A stretch of 64,000 nucleotides of DNA, from contig NC_092678.1 in the NCBI RefSeq assembly GCF_964355755.1, forward strand, positions 18,493,365 to 18,557,364. Direction: 5' to 3'. Under the pieces are notes generated by a model, which was given only the letters and a program-made list of their open reading frames with translations, was not told the DNA's origin and did no database searches. The first letter of the stretch is position 1. Each line of letters begins with the position of its first letter. Position numbers and translations under genes: made by a program. Origin of the DNA: Antedon mediterranea (lineage: Eukaryota; Animalia; Echinodermata). Positions 41,791 through 54,069 of the stretch are shown piece after piece.

Positions 41791-41859
41791 CTCTGAATAA
41801 ACATCGTCATTCCTTTCAAAATCCCCAGCTTTTCTTGGTAAAATATGAACATGCACATG
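41791..41859 (-). CDS. FHIT: FHIT coding exon 4 (histidine triad)
   Basis: 69 nt, [23 protein letters not shown] with the HIT motif HxHxH; cag|...|gtaac. Confidence 0.96.
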
Positions 41860-42010
41860 CTGAAAGAAAGAACAACATACCATCGGATAGAGGCACTTTA
41901 TTAAGTATCTGTAGACATGACAGATTTTAAGAAAGATTCTCAAGTAAGTCTAATTACAGTTTTTTTATCAAACTAAATAAAATTCTAAAATTGTATTGAT
42001 TGGTACATAC

Positions 42011-42040
42011 CTGAACGGTTTGACCTGCCTCTTCTCCATC
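42011..42040 (-). CDS. FHIT: FHIT coding exon 3
   Basis: 30 nt, cag|DGEEAGQTVQ|gtatgt; human DGPEAGQTVK. Confidence 0.95.
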
Positions 42041-42191
42041 CTGCATCATAAACAGAATTAAAGAAAGTTTCCAAATTTGTTGGAGATACTTATTTGTTCA
42101 CTTTTTATTGTTTTTAACTTTACTTTTCCTACTTTCAAATAGATTTTTCAATAAAATTAAAATTTCCTGATTGGAAACAAAAAAAGTGTAC

Positions 42192-42337
42192 CTGCATAGC
42201 CATGGTGAAGGAGGAACTGCGATGGTAAGTTTGAATTTCCGTTGAAACAAGTTGCACTACTTGGAAAAGGTCACTGACCTCATCAACTGTCATATCCCTA
42301 AATCGCTGCACCACTCGGATTGGTGACACAAGGACAT
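42192..42337 (-). CDS. FHIT: FHIT coding exon 2
   Basis: 146 nt, cag|...|gtac. Translates (H)VLVSPIRVVQRFRDMTVDEVSDLFQVVQLVSTEIQTYHRSSSFTMAMQ. Same length as human exon 6. Confidence 0.95.
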
Positions 42338-42828
42338 CTGACAGAAATAGCATAAAAGAAAATTCCCCTTTTGATAAAAAGAAAAGACAATACACATGAC
42401 ACACACCCACCAAATAATGAATCAATCCTGAAGAACATTCTTTTCTTCTTTTGAATACAATAATTACCAATGAGGAGAAAAGTTTTTGGTTCCTCACCTA
42501 ATTCCAACACTCAATTAAATTAGGTGTTTTAAAACTCTGTTTTGATTAAGATTTGCTATTTAACCAATTATTTGAAATTTGTCCTGTTTCTGCTTGCATG
42601 AAATTGGGATAATAATAATTTACCACAACCACAAGAGTTTCACCTGACATTCCTCTGCAGCCGGATGGATATGCCTTTCTCGCATCGGACTTGTCAACCA
42701 CAAACGAGCCTGTGACAGACGTGGATAAACTCCTTCATAAAATCTTTGTTCGCGAAGCAAAGCCAAGAATTTGCATAAATCGGCAAATGTCAATAATTTA
42801 TAGATTGATTTATGCCACTAAAGGATAC
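42338..42828 (-). other. FHIT: U12-type (minor spliceosome) GT-AG intron of FHIT
   Basis: The 5' splice site GTATCCTTT is the U12 consensus, and homology places the exon boundary exactly there. The branch-site match (TTTTCTTTTATG) is imperfect. Confidence 0.8.
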
Positions 42829-42948
42829 GCCCTGGTAGTACAGGCTTCTTATTTACAAACGCAATCGACAACTTGGAGCGAATAAAACTTGTGATGTTTT
42901 TAAGACAAACCGACCAAATGAATAGCATGTTGATGATGCCGCAGCCAT
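42829..42948 (-). CDS. FHIT: FHIT bis(5'-adenosyl)-triphosphatase, coding exon 1 (apparent 1-nt frameshift)
   Basis: Acceptor ttttttag|ACGATG. Reads MAAASSTCYSFGRFVLKTSQV, then after a frame change in the T4 run (42884-42887) IRSKLSIAFVNKKPVLPG(H); cf. human [33 protein letters not shown]. Donor is GTATCCTT. Confidence 0.85.
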
Positions 42949-43689
42949 CGTCTAAAAAAGTAAATTCGTGCAAATAAAAAATTATAAATTAAAATATGAT
43001 TTTTATATAGGTAAAACTAATACTAGACTGAACAATATTAATTACTACTGCGGGCCTAGCTGCTGCCTAAGGCAAGGATGGATAGGTTGTTTGCTATTGC
43101 AACCTAGTGAGAATAGATTGTAGGCCTAGATAAATATATTTGACAGGTGAAGGCTGCCAAACAGTCAGACCTAGCTTATATAGACTATTACTATAGTATA
43201 CTGTAACAGTAGTACTATGCCTAGGCCTATATCCTTTTTATTCATAATTGAATTTAGCATTATTAATATTATTATTACATTACGTTAAAAAAAATGTTGG
43301 CAGTATACATATTTTTAAATTAGTTAATATAATAGATTCACTATCCATACTATTATTACTTAGTGTTAGGCCTAGATAAGCTAATAAGTTAAGGAAGGGC
43401 TGGTCAGGAGTGACAGACCTATACTAGAAGGCTATTGTATCTGGGATAGTAATGGGTAGCTAGACTAGAGGGCCTCTAGGCTAGTAGTAGTAGCCTATCT
43501 AACTACTACTACAGTACTAGTAGTAGAGGATGAGGCCTAGCAGTAGCTGGAGAGAGAGGCCCTCCTATAGGCTAGTAGTAGCTAGTACTAGGCCTACTAG
43601 GAGTACTAGTACTAGTAGCCTAGCTAGCTAGGCCTAGCCTGCTAAAAAGTTTGGCGCTAGCAGGACATTCTAGCATAACAAAATAACAC

Positions 43690-43900
43690 CACCATAGTAC
43701 TAATCATACTTCAACTTTGACAAGCAGAAACAACAATGTTATTTATTAATGTTGAACTATATTCAGTAAATTCCCAAACGACCACATGTGTTTGTTTACA
43801 TTATCGTCGATTTTTCACGTTTTAGAATAGCGCCTCCTATAGATACCTAAAATCACAAAAGTTCAGATTTATGTGTTATACGCATGCGCAGACAGTTTAT
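43690..43900. promoter_or_regulatory. Candidate FHIT promoter / non-coding first exon region
   Basis: NRF1-like CGCATGCGCA at 43881-43890 and a minus-strand donor-like GTATGA near 43709, just upstream of a TAGGCCTA-rich tract. Confidence 0.35.
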
Positions 43901-44539
43901 ATGCATTGCAAGTAGTTAAACAGAAAAAAATAAATATAATAGCACTTTACTATTATTGAAACTTACTGAAAACCATTGAACGCCCAATGTACACGTAGTG
44001 TGGCATACGTGCAAAACATTTTGTTACTGATATAGGCCTAATCTTTATTTTTTGTATGAGAAACACACTGACTATTCGTGCCATTGAAGTCAGTATGAAC
44101 ATATTAACTAGTAGGCCTATTGTAGGATACTCGATATGTGTTAGGCCAGATGGTACAAAAAAATTGCCCTAATCTACATAAAAATAATATGTAAGTCTAT
44201 TGTATTTCTGTAGTTGTTGTTTGAATTGTAAATAATTGTGAACAAGATACATCTTATTCATTGTTCATGCTCAACCGCGTCCTAGTATTTGATTTGTGTG
44301 AGTTATTAAAGGAAGTCGTTTCATTTCTCTATAATTAATGTTACCAGAATTAAGCGAAGCAACGCCAGGATTTTCCGACAGACAATATTAATGCGTATTA
44401 TTTTACAGAATAGAAATGTTAAAGATTTTTTATTTTATTTTTTATTTTATTTATTCGACTTCTCACTAACTCAGTTAGTGGAAAGGATCTGGACCAACAG
44501 GTGGTAAACCCCTCTAAAATGGTCCAGTCCCAATTTGCA

Positions 44540-44612
44540 CAGTGGCTGTGTGTGACAGTGGCTGTGTTTGTGTGGACAAGTACACCGGGGTAACCCCTAC
44601 TCGTCTCGACAG
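44540..44612 (-). mobile_element. Fragment of the same SINE family
   Basis: cagtggctgtg...tacaccggggtaacccctactcgtctcga matches 62986-63036. Confidence 0.65.
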
Positions 44613-44998
44613 ATGAATCGAATTTCGAACTGTAGGTCTAGGAGGCTAGGTTTAGTACGGACAGTAATTTGAGCCGTGCTCTTCCCAAAATGTAGGCCTA
44701 AAAATATCTAGCTATCTATGTACGATCACATCAAGCAATTACTATTTGATTATCACTACACTTTGCAGGCTAATGTTCTCATAAAATTCCAATTGTTGCT
44801 TCTAATTCTCTCCAACTAGGTGCGCCGCCGCCAGAACCAACACATTGATGTGTTTATTGAATCTGTGGTCACAACGCTAATTCCGATTTTTCTTCTAGAC
44901 GTGAATTATTCTTTTTGGAAATTATAACTTTTAATTGTTATTAATATACTGGTCATTGACAATCTTAAAATGATTCCTCTAGGCATGCTGCATCGAAT

Positions 44999-45110
44999 AT
45001 GATCATTATTGTCATAAGTGCAATTCTTTTAGTTTATTTTGTCTGTGGATTGTGTAAAATTGTTGAAATTATTACAACCCGGAAAAAAGATCGAGCCAAT
45101 ACAGCTACAG
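44999..45110 (+). CDS. TM-PPxY microprotein A, coding exon 1 (TM helix)
   Basis: ATG to G|gtagg, 112 nt, phase 1. Translates MIIIVISAILLVYFVCGLCKIVEIITTRKKDRANTAT. Confidence 0.72.
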
Positions 45111-45451
45111 GTAGGAATCCATATTACATTTTGTAAACTAGTATAAGTAGGTATACTTTCTTAAGATAGACTTTTAGGGTGCCAATGAAAACATCATTAA
45201 CTAAAGTACCGTAGTCAGCATGGTTTACCCTAGTCCCAGACTGTAGGGGAAAATCAGATAATGTCCCTGCCCAATCTCAGTTAGGCCTAGAAATGCAAAC
45301 TAGAATGTAATTCGTTGTTTTAATAAAGAATGATAACCAGCCATAACTATTGAATTCTAGATACTGCATGAAAATATTTCCCTAAAGTATAGGCAAGTTT
45401 AACGTGGAGAACTCGCAAACATAACTTTCGATGTTTGACCTTTTTTCTCAG

Positions 45452-45651
45452 AATATCAAGTCCGAAGTATTTCTTCGAATATTAATTCAAGGTTCGATGA
45501 CACTTTTTCGACTTTACAAAATGATTTCCCTCCATCTTACGATGAATGCATTGTTGCAGTGTCTACGAAGATAACGTTAGATGCACGTGTTAAGGATACA
45601 CCTGTGTTACCTCCGTCATATGATGATGTTATGCAACATCTGCATATTTAA
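45452..45651 (+). CDS. TM-PPxY microprotein A, coding exon 2 (two PPSY motifs)
   Basis: ttttttctcag|, phase 1. Translates EYQVRS...DFPPSYDECIV...PVLPPSYDDVMQHLHI*. AATAAA at ~45677. Total 103 aa. Confidence 0.75.
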
Positions 45652-47429
45652 CGTCAGTTTACAATGACGTCATATAAATAAAACTTTTATTATGCCATAA
45701 CTTCGAAAAAATCGTTATCTATTACATGTATTCGAAAGAATGCACTTTGCAAAAAGTAAAAACATGTATTTTTTATAAGATTAACGATTTCCATGAAATC
45801 TCTCTTTTCTCGTTGATTACGCAAAGAGGAGCCTATTATACTGATATTGTACAGCATTTATTCATGCCATGTGATCTGCTACTAAATAATTTACAATGTT
45901 TGCTGTTTGGTTATTACCATAAACGCACATCATTACTGTAAATGAATCAGCAAAATTAACTAATAAAGATGTTTCATGGCTTTACACTATTATAGTTTAT
46001 AAATATGAACTGACATCGTAGTCATAGCAAGTTACAACTACGTATTTAAGTGACTGTAACCATTTAGGCCTAGTGTAAAACATGTATGTTAAAAATACAT
46101 TAAGCAGAAGACATAAGAACTATATTATCACACAGAAGAAGCGTAAAGCTCTATTAAATTAAAATTTAATTATAAAATGAGAATTTTACAGATTACAAAA
46201 TTTTGTATTTTTTTAAAAACCATATTTAATGAGGGTAATCCATCCAGCAATTGCTCATCATTAGGGACCCTCAGAGGTTCACAAGACAAACATATACATA
46301 AGATGCTCTACATAAACAAAGTCTTATTACAAGTCTTTGTGTCAAGCTGCCATTATATTGTTGAATACCATTTGTCAGTGAGGCTGACGAAATTATTTTG
46401 AACTTGTAAATAAAGAATCATTGTGAAATATTATCATTGTAAATTAAACTAAAATTTTGTTTGTGAATTCCCTATTATTTCTTTGTATGGCTGTTCTTAT
46501 CTTATAACGGTACTCTTCATTTCTATTGCTGTGCATACGGAAAATCGTGTAGGACGGGTTAAAACAACAATAGGTGTATTATTATAATGACAATAATTGG
46601 GTAAAAGGTGGTTAGAAACGTATATATTATTGACAAGTGATAAATTGATTTTTTTGTTGACAAACGAAGATAAAAATTGAGCTTTGGACCGTTGTCTTTT
46701 CTATGCACACGTTAATTCTACGCTCTCATATAACAAACGGACACAACGAAGAGATACTGTATACATTATTATTGCCGTTTATTGTACCAAATAAAAGCAT
46801 AAATATAATTCTTATATTTTAACTACACAGGTGAGTAACGAAATCAAATAATTATGTTATATTGATCTATATAAATACTATTATATAAACTTATATATGC
46901 CTAGGCCTACTTAATTACCATACTACAGATAGTAATAATAGTTAAAAAGGTCAATAATGTTAATATATACTTTCCTCTTCAGTATGAAATCAAAATAGTT
47001 CTCTATGCAGTATCACTTTGGTGCACATACCTGTTATTTAATTTTATTTTTTAACACCCGTAGTTTTATTAACTACTGTAGGGACTATTAGATTAGTTTA
47101 TCCGATATATTTACCGTTCAAATAGGCTTACCTGACTTCATAATGATATAATTGTACATTAGGCATATACGTACATAGCCTTTCAGGAATTTTACGAATG
47201 GAAAAAATTAATCTTGTTTAAGGTTACAACCTTTTTTTTATAACATTATAATTCTTTTTTAATTGGTTAGTTAAAATGTTGATGCACATGTTGTTGTTAT
47301 CTGTCCAAAATAGTTTTGTTTTATATAGTATGTTTGTATGATACTATTATATTATATTTTATATTTAGAACGTTGGATGGCCTACACGTAAAATAAAACA
47401 ACAATCATGTGAAAGAAAGTTCTATTGGT

Positions 47430-47565
47430 ATGAACTCTGACCTTGTTGACCTACTCATTCTAATTGTCTTCTGGGTAATATTTTTGTACGTTTTGAGAGC
47501 ACTAGACAAGTGTTTATCACACATTGAAGAACGAAATAGACAAAGGCACGAACGCCTAAATACAG
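47430..47565 (+). CDS. TM-PPxY microprotein B, coding exon 1 (TM helix)
   Basis: Translates MNSDLVDLLILIVFWVIFLYVLRALDKCLSHIEERNRQRHERLNT then G|gtaaa, 136 nt, phase 1. Upstream acceptor at 47368 and a strong donor cag|gtgagt at 46830 suggest a non-coding first exon. Confidence 0.7.
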
Positions 47566-48370
47566 GTAAAAATACATTTTACATTTAATGTGAATTATAG
47601 TAACTTCAGTGTATTTTTGTTTATTATAACAATGTATGGGTTCATGACTTTTATAGTGGGACACTTTAATCTGTGATTGGAATGTGTGTACAACATCCGC
47701 AAAAAATAAACACAGCATTTACTAAAACCACGAAGCAACTGGTTGCAACATATTATTATACATTCTTTCAAACTATTGGGGCCCAACAGGTAGGCTACCC
47801 GTTAGGTCTTCTAAATAGACATTAATGAAACAGATATCTCTTAGTATCCCATTCTTAATTTATTCCCACGGGCATATTCTTAAACTTATCCAAAAAGACT
47901 GTTCTTTATATCTTGGGGGAATATTTCCTAGTGTTAACGTATTCACACAATCGTCCTATTTATTTTATTTTTGTATTAAGCCTTATTTTAAAAGGATAAC
48001 CCTAAATATTATATGCTGACAACCAAGAAAGAACAGTATTTGTTGTTGTTAAATATGCAATTTTAATGTCGCAAAATCGTTATTCGTTTTGATAAAAAAT
48101 TAGATCGAAAAACAAATGATTTAGGCCTACCTAAAGAACTTTAATTCAAAGCAAGACGTGTTAAATTGCCTGGAAACAATGGGTTTTGTTGAACTTAACC
48201 GTCTATTTTGTCTTTCTTTTCTTCTAAGAAATTATTAAACTGCGAAATAGCCTATTTAAAGTCTTTTTTAAAAAATGTATTAATCTTCATTTTTCACAAA
48301 TTCATCTTTGACAAATTCATCTTTGACAATACATTTGATAATAAACATTATTTATTTTCTTTGAGCTTAG

Positions 48371-48600
48371 TTCGTGAAGTACATGTAAACTGTGTGTTTC
48401 TCCAAGAAATTGAAGAGAACAACAGTATACCGCCATCTTACGACGATGCACAAATTATGTCGGATTCGGTATCTCTTTACTCGTACTCCACTGTTAGCCA
48501 GATGCCAATCCACAACGATGCTCCACCGGAATACGACAGGGTCATCCAAGACTGTTTTAGCAGTGGGGATTTGTCTTGGAATATTGTGACCCAGGTCTGA
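48371..48600 (+). CDS. TM-PPxY microprotein B, coding exon 2 (PPSY, PPEY)
   Basis: cttag|, phase 1 (alternative in-frame aag| at 48406). Translates VREVHVNCVFLQEIEENNSIPPSYDDA...DAPPEYDRVIQDCFSSGDLSWNIVTQV*. About 121 aa in total. Confidence 0.72.
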
Positions 48601-49379
48601 AATGTATGCCTGGCTAGCTAACTCAGATCGTGTACTGACTGTAGGACATCATTATTAATTTGAAAACTATTTTCAAAGAGAATAGCACAAATGTACAATC
48701 GAAGTTTGCCTAAATAGACTGGTGTTTTTTCTCAGGAATAAATAATATGTATATAGTAATTTAGAAACTTGTTATTAGTACAAAAGAACTATGTAAAATG
48801 TGTACTAACTCTACCGTATTTAAAAATATTCCATAATTAATCGTAAATCATATGGCAACCAAAAATGACATTTCGTAGGAATATTCTCATAAAGAAATAA
48901 AACACAAAAGGTAGGCCTACAGTTGTGGTTTTATAACCTCTATTGAAAACATAGCGTTCCATAGTGGTGGACTTTCTTGTATTCTTTCTCGTTCGTTTCA
49001 CACGAATGTGTCTTCTTAATATAGGGATGTTCTTTATTGTAACTTGTAGATGTATGTGCTTATTATAAGCAGTTCTTATTTTTATCTTAATTTATGTTTT
49101 CTAAATACATATTTAGGTCCTTTAATTACACAATTAAGTATACTAATACTCTAAGGATATTTGGAAGTTGATAAAATAATGATTTATTATCAATTGTTAT
49201 TATCAATACATTAGTACGTAATGTATTATAATATATTGTTGTTTGTGCCTGAAAATTGAATAAAAAAAAAAATATTAAACAAAATAAAATTTAAACCAAC
49301 GTTTTTTCCGTATACTTTTTTCCCGGACCGTCTTTTCCGAAATTCGCCTTTGTGTACCCAGTGGGCAAAAATTGGTTGA

Positions 49380-50400
49380 ATTAACGTTAATTCAACGTTA
49401 TCTGCAAACGTTGAAATAACGTTGAAAAAGTGGTTGAAAATGAAAGTTTGCCTCAACGTAAATGTCAACGTTGAATCAACATAGAAATTATCAACGTTGA
49501 AACAACGTTAAAATAAGTAACGTTGAAATAACGTTGAAAAATGGTTGAAAATGAAAGTTTGTCTCAACGTAAATGTCAACGTTGAATCAACATAGAAATT
49601 ATCAACGTTGAAACAACGTTAAAATAAGTAACGTTGAATTAACGTTGAAAAAATGGTTGAAAATGAAAGTTTGCCTCAACTTAAATGTCAACGTTGAATC
49701 AACATAGAAATTATCAACGTTGAAACAACGTTAAAATAGCTAACGTTGAAATAACGTTGAAAAAATGGTTGAAAATGAAAGTTTGCCTCAACGTAAATGT
49801 CAACGTTGAATCAACATAGAAATTATCAACGTTGAAACAACGTTAAAATAGGTAACGTTAAAATAACGTTGAAAAAATGGTTGAAAATGAAAGTTTCCCT
49901 CAACGTAAATGTCAACGTTGAATCAACATAGAAATTATCAACGTTGAAACAACGTTAAAATAAGTAACGTTGAAATAACGTTGAAAAAATGGTTGAAAAT
50001 GAAAGTTTGCCTCAACAAAAATGTCAACGTTGATTCAACATAGATTATCAACGTTGATTCAATGTTGAAATTATTAACATTGAAACAACGTAATAATCAA
50101 GTTGAAATGAAAATTTGCATCAACGTAAATTTCAACATAGATTTAACGTTGAAATTATCAACGTTGATTCAATGTTGAAATATTAAAGTTAATTCAACAT
50201 TATCCGCAAACGTTGAAATAACGCTGAAAAACTGTTGAATTAAAGTTTAAATTAAAAAAAATATCAACGTTGATCCATTGTAGAGTAATCAACCAAATTC
50301 AAGGTAGAAAAAATAACGTTCAATCAACGTATACAGATCAACGTTGATTCAGTGTAAACACATTTTTACCGTTGATTCAACATAGAAATTATCAACATTA
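49380..50400. repeat. Left subterminal array, ~112-bp unit x~6, then degenerate
   Basis: tgaaagttt recurs at 49441, 49552, 49664, 49776, 49888 and 50000; multiple AACGTT per unit. Confidence 0.9.
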
Positions 50401-51643
50401 ATTTAACACAGCAATGGTTTAGTTATTAGAAGAACAGCTTATAGTAACACAACCAAAATAAATCAAGCTGAAATCTGGCATATTTTCAATGGTAATTGAT
50501 TTGTTGAATTACTATATCCAATTTGAATCAACGGTTTTAAAGTAGTTGGTAGTAAAGTTACTGTTACGTCGCAGAATCCATCAATAGAGACATTTTATAA
50601 ATACTGTATATCTCACTAATCTTTAATTTCTATAAAAACATAAAATAACATTTAATCAGGTGTTATCAAATCATCAGGCAAAATCCAAGCAACAATCAAA
50701 TAATGTACATCCTCACTGACAGTTCTCAGGTACCAATGTTAAGTATAAAAAATATACTAATAACCAGTTTGTAATATGTTTGCCAACTAACATGATTGAA
50801 TAACTATAAATATTGGCTGATTACAGTAAAACACAATAAATACAAGACACGTCACAGGTGCCTTGTGCTAATGTTGCAGAAGTCCAAATGATGGCAATAA
50901 CACATTACTGTAATTGCATTGTTCCGATTAGTCAATAAACAGTTGCCTCGATTCCTGTGTTGACATTGTCCTATGGTTTCCAAAAGTGTGGCAATATTAT
51001 TCTTCCAAACCTGAAACAAATTCAATCAAGTTACTGTAGTTTTAAACAAAAATAATACAGTAAAAAATTAATTGAAAGATTTATTGTCCCCAAAAAACAT
51101 GAACAATGAAGATTAATACAATCATACTTTGAATACCTTGCCATTTTGCAATTTTAACAATTTAGATATTCACTTGCCGTAGAAAATAAACAAAAACAAT
51201 AAAGATTTCACTTAACAAAAATACAAAATAAACAGTATATTTAACCAAAAACCAATTGTTTGTTTAAATTGTCAATTTCAGGTACAAATGCATTTTTTAA
51301 AATCTAATTTTTTGGTCAAAGTGAACAACTCTACAGTGACGGCATATTCAACAAAACATTAAAAAAAAAAATTGTTCAGTTCAATTATATCTTTAACACA
51401 TTGTTCAAAAATCATACTGTACATAAACAAAAATTCAATTCAGAACATCATTTCACACTTACACGTAAAATATGCAATCAATTAAATTTATGTAAATAAT
51501 ATTGCAACACTGTATTAATATTTACGCCGTGGTTATAGGATTCCGGCACCGTAACTCAACTGCCCAGCGTTAGGGAATCCGACACGCTATTGCGCATGCC
51601 CAGAGCGAGGTAATCGGCGACTCTATTTTTGTCTACAACAGAC

Positions 51644-51828
51644 TAAAGCGTGGTTCCCACTAGCGACACAACACAAGGACGTAACGCAACGCAAGTGAAT
51701 TGACCAATCACAAGCGATGGCTTATTCGCTTGTGATTGCTAACTGTCTATAACTTCGCTTGTTATTGGTTAAAACGCTTGCGTTGCGTTTACGTCCTTGC
51801 GTTACGTTCTAGTGGAAACCAAGCTTTA
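51644..51828. mobile_element. MITE family 1, complete 185-bp palindromic copy nested in the CMC element
   Basis: taaagcgtggttcccactag...ctagtggaaaccaagcttta; close match to 32716-32883. Confidence 0.8.
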
Positions 51829-54069
51829 CAGCGATGGATCATTTTAATAGCTGCGCCACGGCGAACTAGCCGGCCTACATGCCTAATAATACTAGTAGGC
51901 CTACCAGCTAGATGTGACCATTGGGCCTATTTATTTCGTAATTAAAAAAGTCGTTGCTTCATTCATATATAAACTTTATGAATTATAATTAAATGACTAG
52001 TTTTAATTTTTATGATTTTTCAAGTACAAAATAAAAGATTTCATATAACGCATTTATACTGTACATAACATCATGCAGCAATCGTATACAAGTTGATTTG
52101 TTGACAGCAAAAAAAAAACCAGAACTGTTCGGGAGAAGTCTGTGTCGCAACGCTACGCTATTCATTTTCGTACATTTCTTGAAATACGCAAGCTGATTCT
52201 TATCAATATCATAATAATTATTTTAACGCGTGGTGTAATTATTAATTCATGTATGGAATGGCCTAGGCCAAGTTTCATCCATCGCTCTCTCCCCAGCGTG
52301 ACGACTAACTAGGCCACAGAAAAGATATCTTTGGCTACGCAGTACATCCCTAGTTAACACTCCGACTCTCGGGTAATGTGGTGCGTGGTCTGTGGCACTA
52401 GTGCAAGCTATAATTATTCCGCACGACGGCTGCTGTCAACAAATTTCGCCGTGGCGCAGCTATTAAAATGATCCATCGCTGTAAAACTTGGTTCCCACTA
52501 GAACGTAAAGCTAGGACGTAAACGCAACGCAAGCGGAAAAAAAAACCAGAACTGTTCGGGAGAAGTCCGTGTCGCAACGCTACGCTATTCATTTTCGTAC
52601 ATTTCTTGAAATACGCAAGCTGATTCTTATCAATATCATAATAATTATTTTAACGCGTGGCGTAATTATTAATTCATGTATGGCCTAGGCCAAGTTTCAT
52701 CCATCGCTCTCTCCCCCGCGCGACGACTAACTAGGCCTAGGCCACAATTTATTCAATTCAATATTAAAGTTAAGAACTATAAATACCAACCTTTTGTATA
52801 TAAAAATATTGATCATCCATTAGATTTTTCTCGTTTAATTCACATAGAAAAGATTATAGGCCTACATGTACTTCATTATTTTGTACTCAAGCTAGGCATA
52901 GGCCTAAAAGGGCCTTACCTTAGCTAGGCCTACAATCTGAAATAAAGAAAGCGAGTAAGTTTAACAAATAGCCGTCCTAGGCTAGCATGTGTTTGTATAC
53001 TATAATACTAATAATAGCATTAGCAGCTACTGTAGAAAGCCTAGCAGAAAGCTAGCTAGGCCTAGGGCCTAGGCTAGGCCAACTAATTATATATTGTTAT
53101 AGGCCTAGGCCTATTTATGTATACTTTTGGATAAATAAAGAAAGTATTGAACTAAAGGCCTAATAGTACATACCATTTTATAACCATAATAAGTACAGTA
53201 CTGTAGTTATCCTTGGCAAGGCAAATGTTTGCCATTGACAGGCATGATACTAAATGCTTCCACTAGCTAGGCCTAGTGAGTGAATTCAGTTCATCAGTTT
53301 GGCAGCCTGCCTAGCCTACCTATTATAGCCTAGCTAGCTCTGCATGTGAGTGTGGCCTACTAGACTAGAGGCTAGCTATTGATAAGGGTAAAATAGTCAA
53401 GCTTATAAATTAGTAGATTACAAATAAAAAAGATTGTTTTCCTACCTGAAAACATACTTATTTGACAATTTCAATGATGAGCCTTTTTTTTTCTACACAC
53501 CACTACTACTGTAGGCCTAGCCTACGTCGAAGTAACTGAAATTACTGACACCAGTTTCAAAATTTTATCAAAACGAAACTAACCAATGACAAGCTCGTAG
53601 GCCTATCTATTCTTATGAAATTTGATCTTGCATGAAAGGATCATTCAATTTTCAACACAACTTCTAGAACATTTTTGTATTATACAGAGACAATAATATT
53701 TGCCAATCTAAAATTCCTAAATAACCAATAATCATTTGTTTTACAATAAAGGATGATAAAATAAACCGCCAACTGAAATCTAATGTTAATTTAACGTTGA
53801 AACATCAATGGCAACGCACTTAAACACATATTATTTAATATTAAACGTTAAAAACATGTCATTTTAACCAAAGTATTAAATAGAATTTATCTTTAATTTA
53901 ACGTTTAATTAACATTGAAAAACAAAAATAATAATTGTTTGAAAAAACAACATAATTTCAAGAGTTTTTCAACGTTGAAAACATGTCATTTGAAAATGAC
54001 AATTGGATTTCAACGTTAAAATAACGTTGGAATAACATTGAAAAACAAAAATAATAATTGTTTGAAAAA

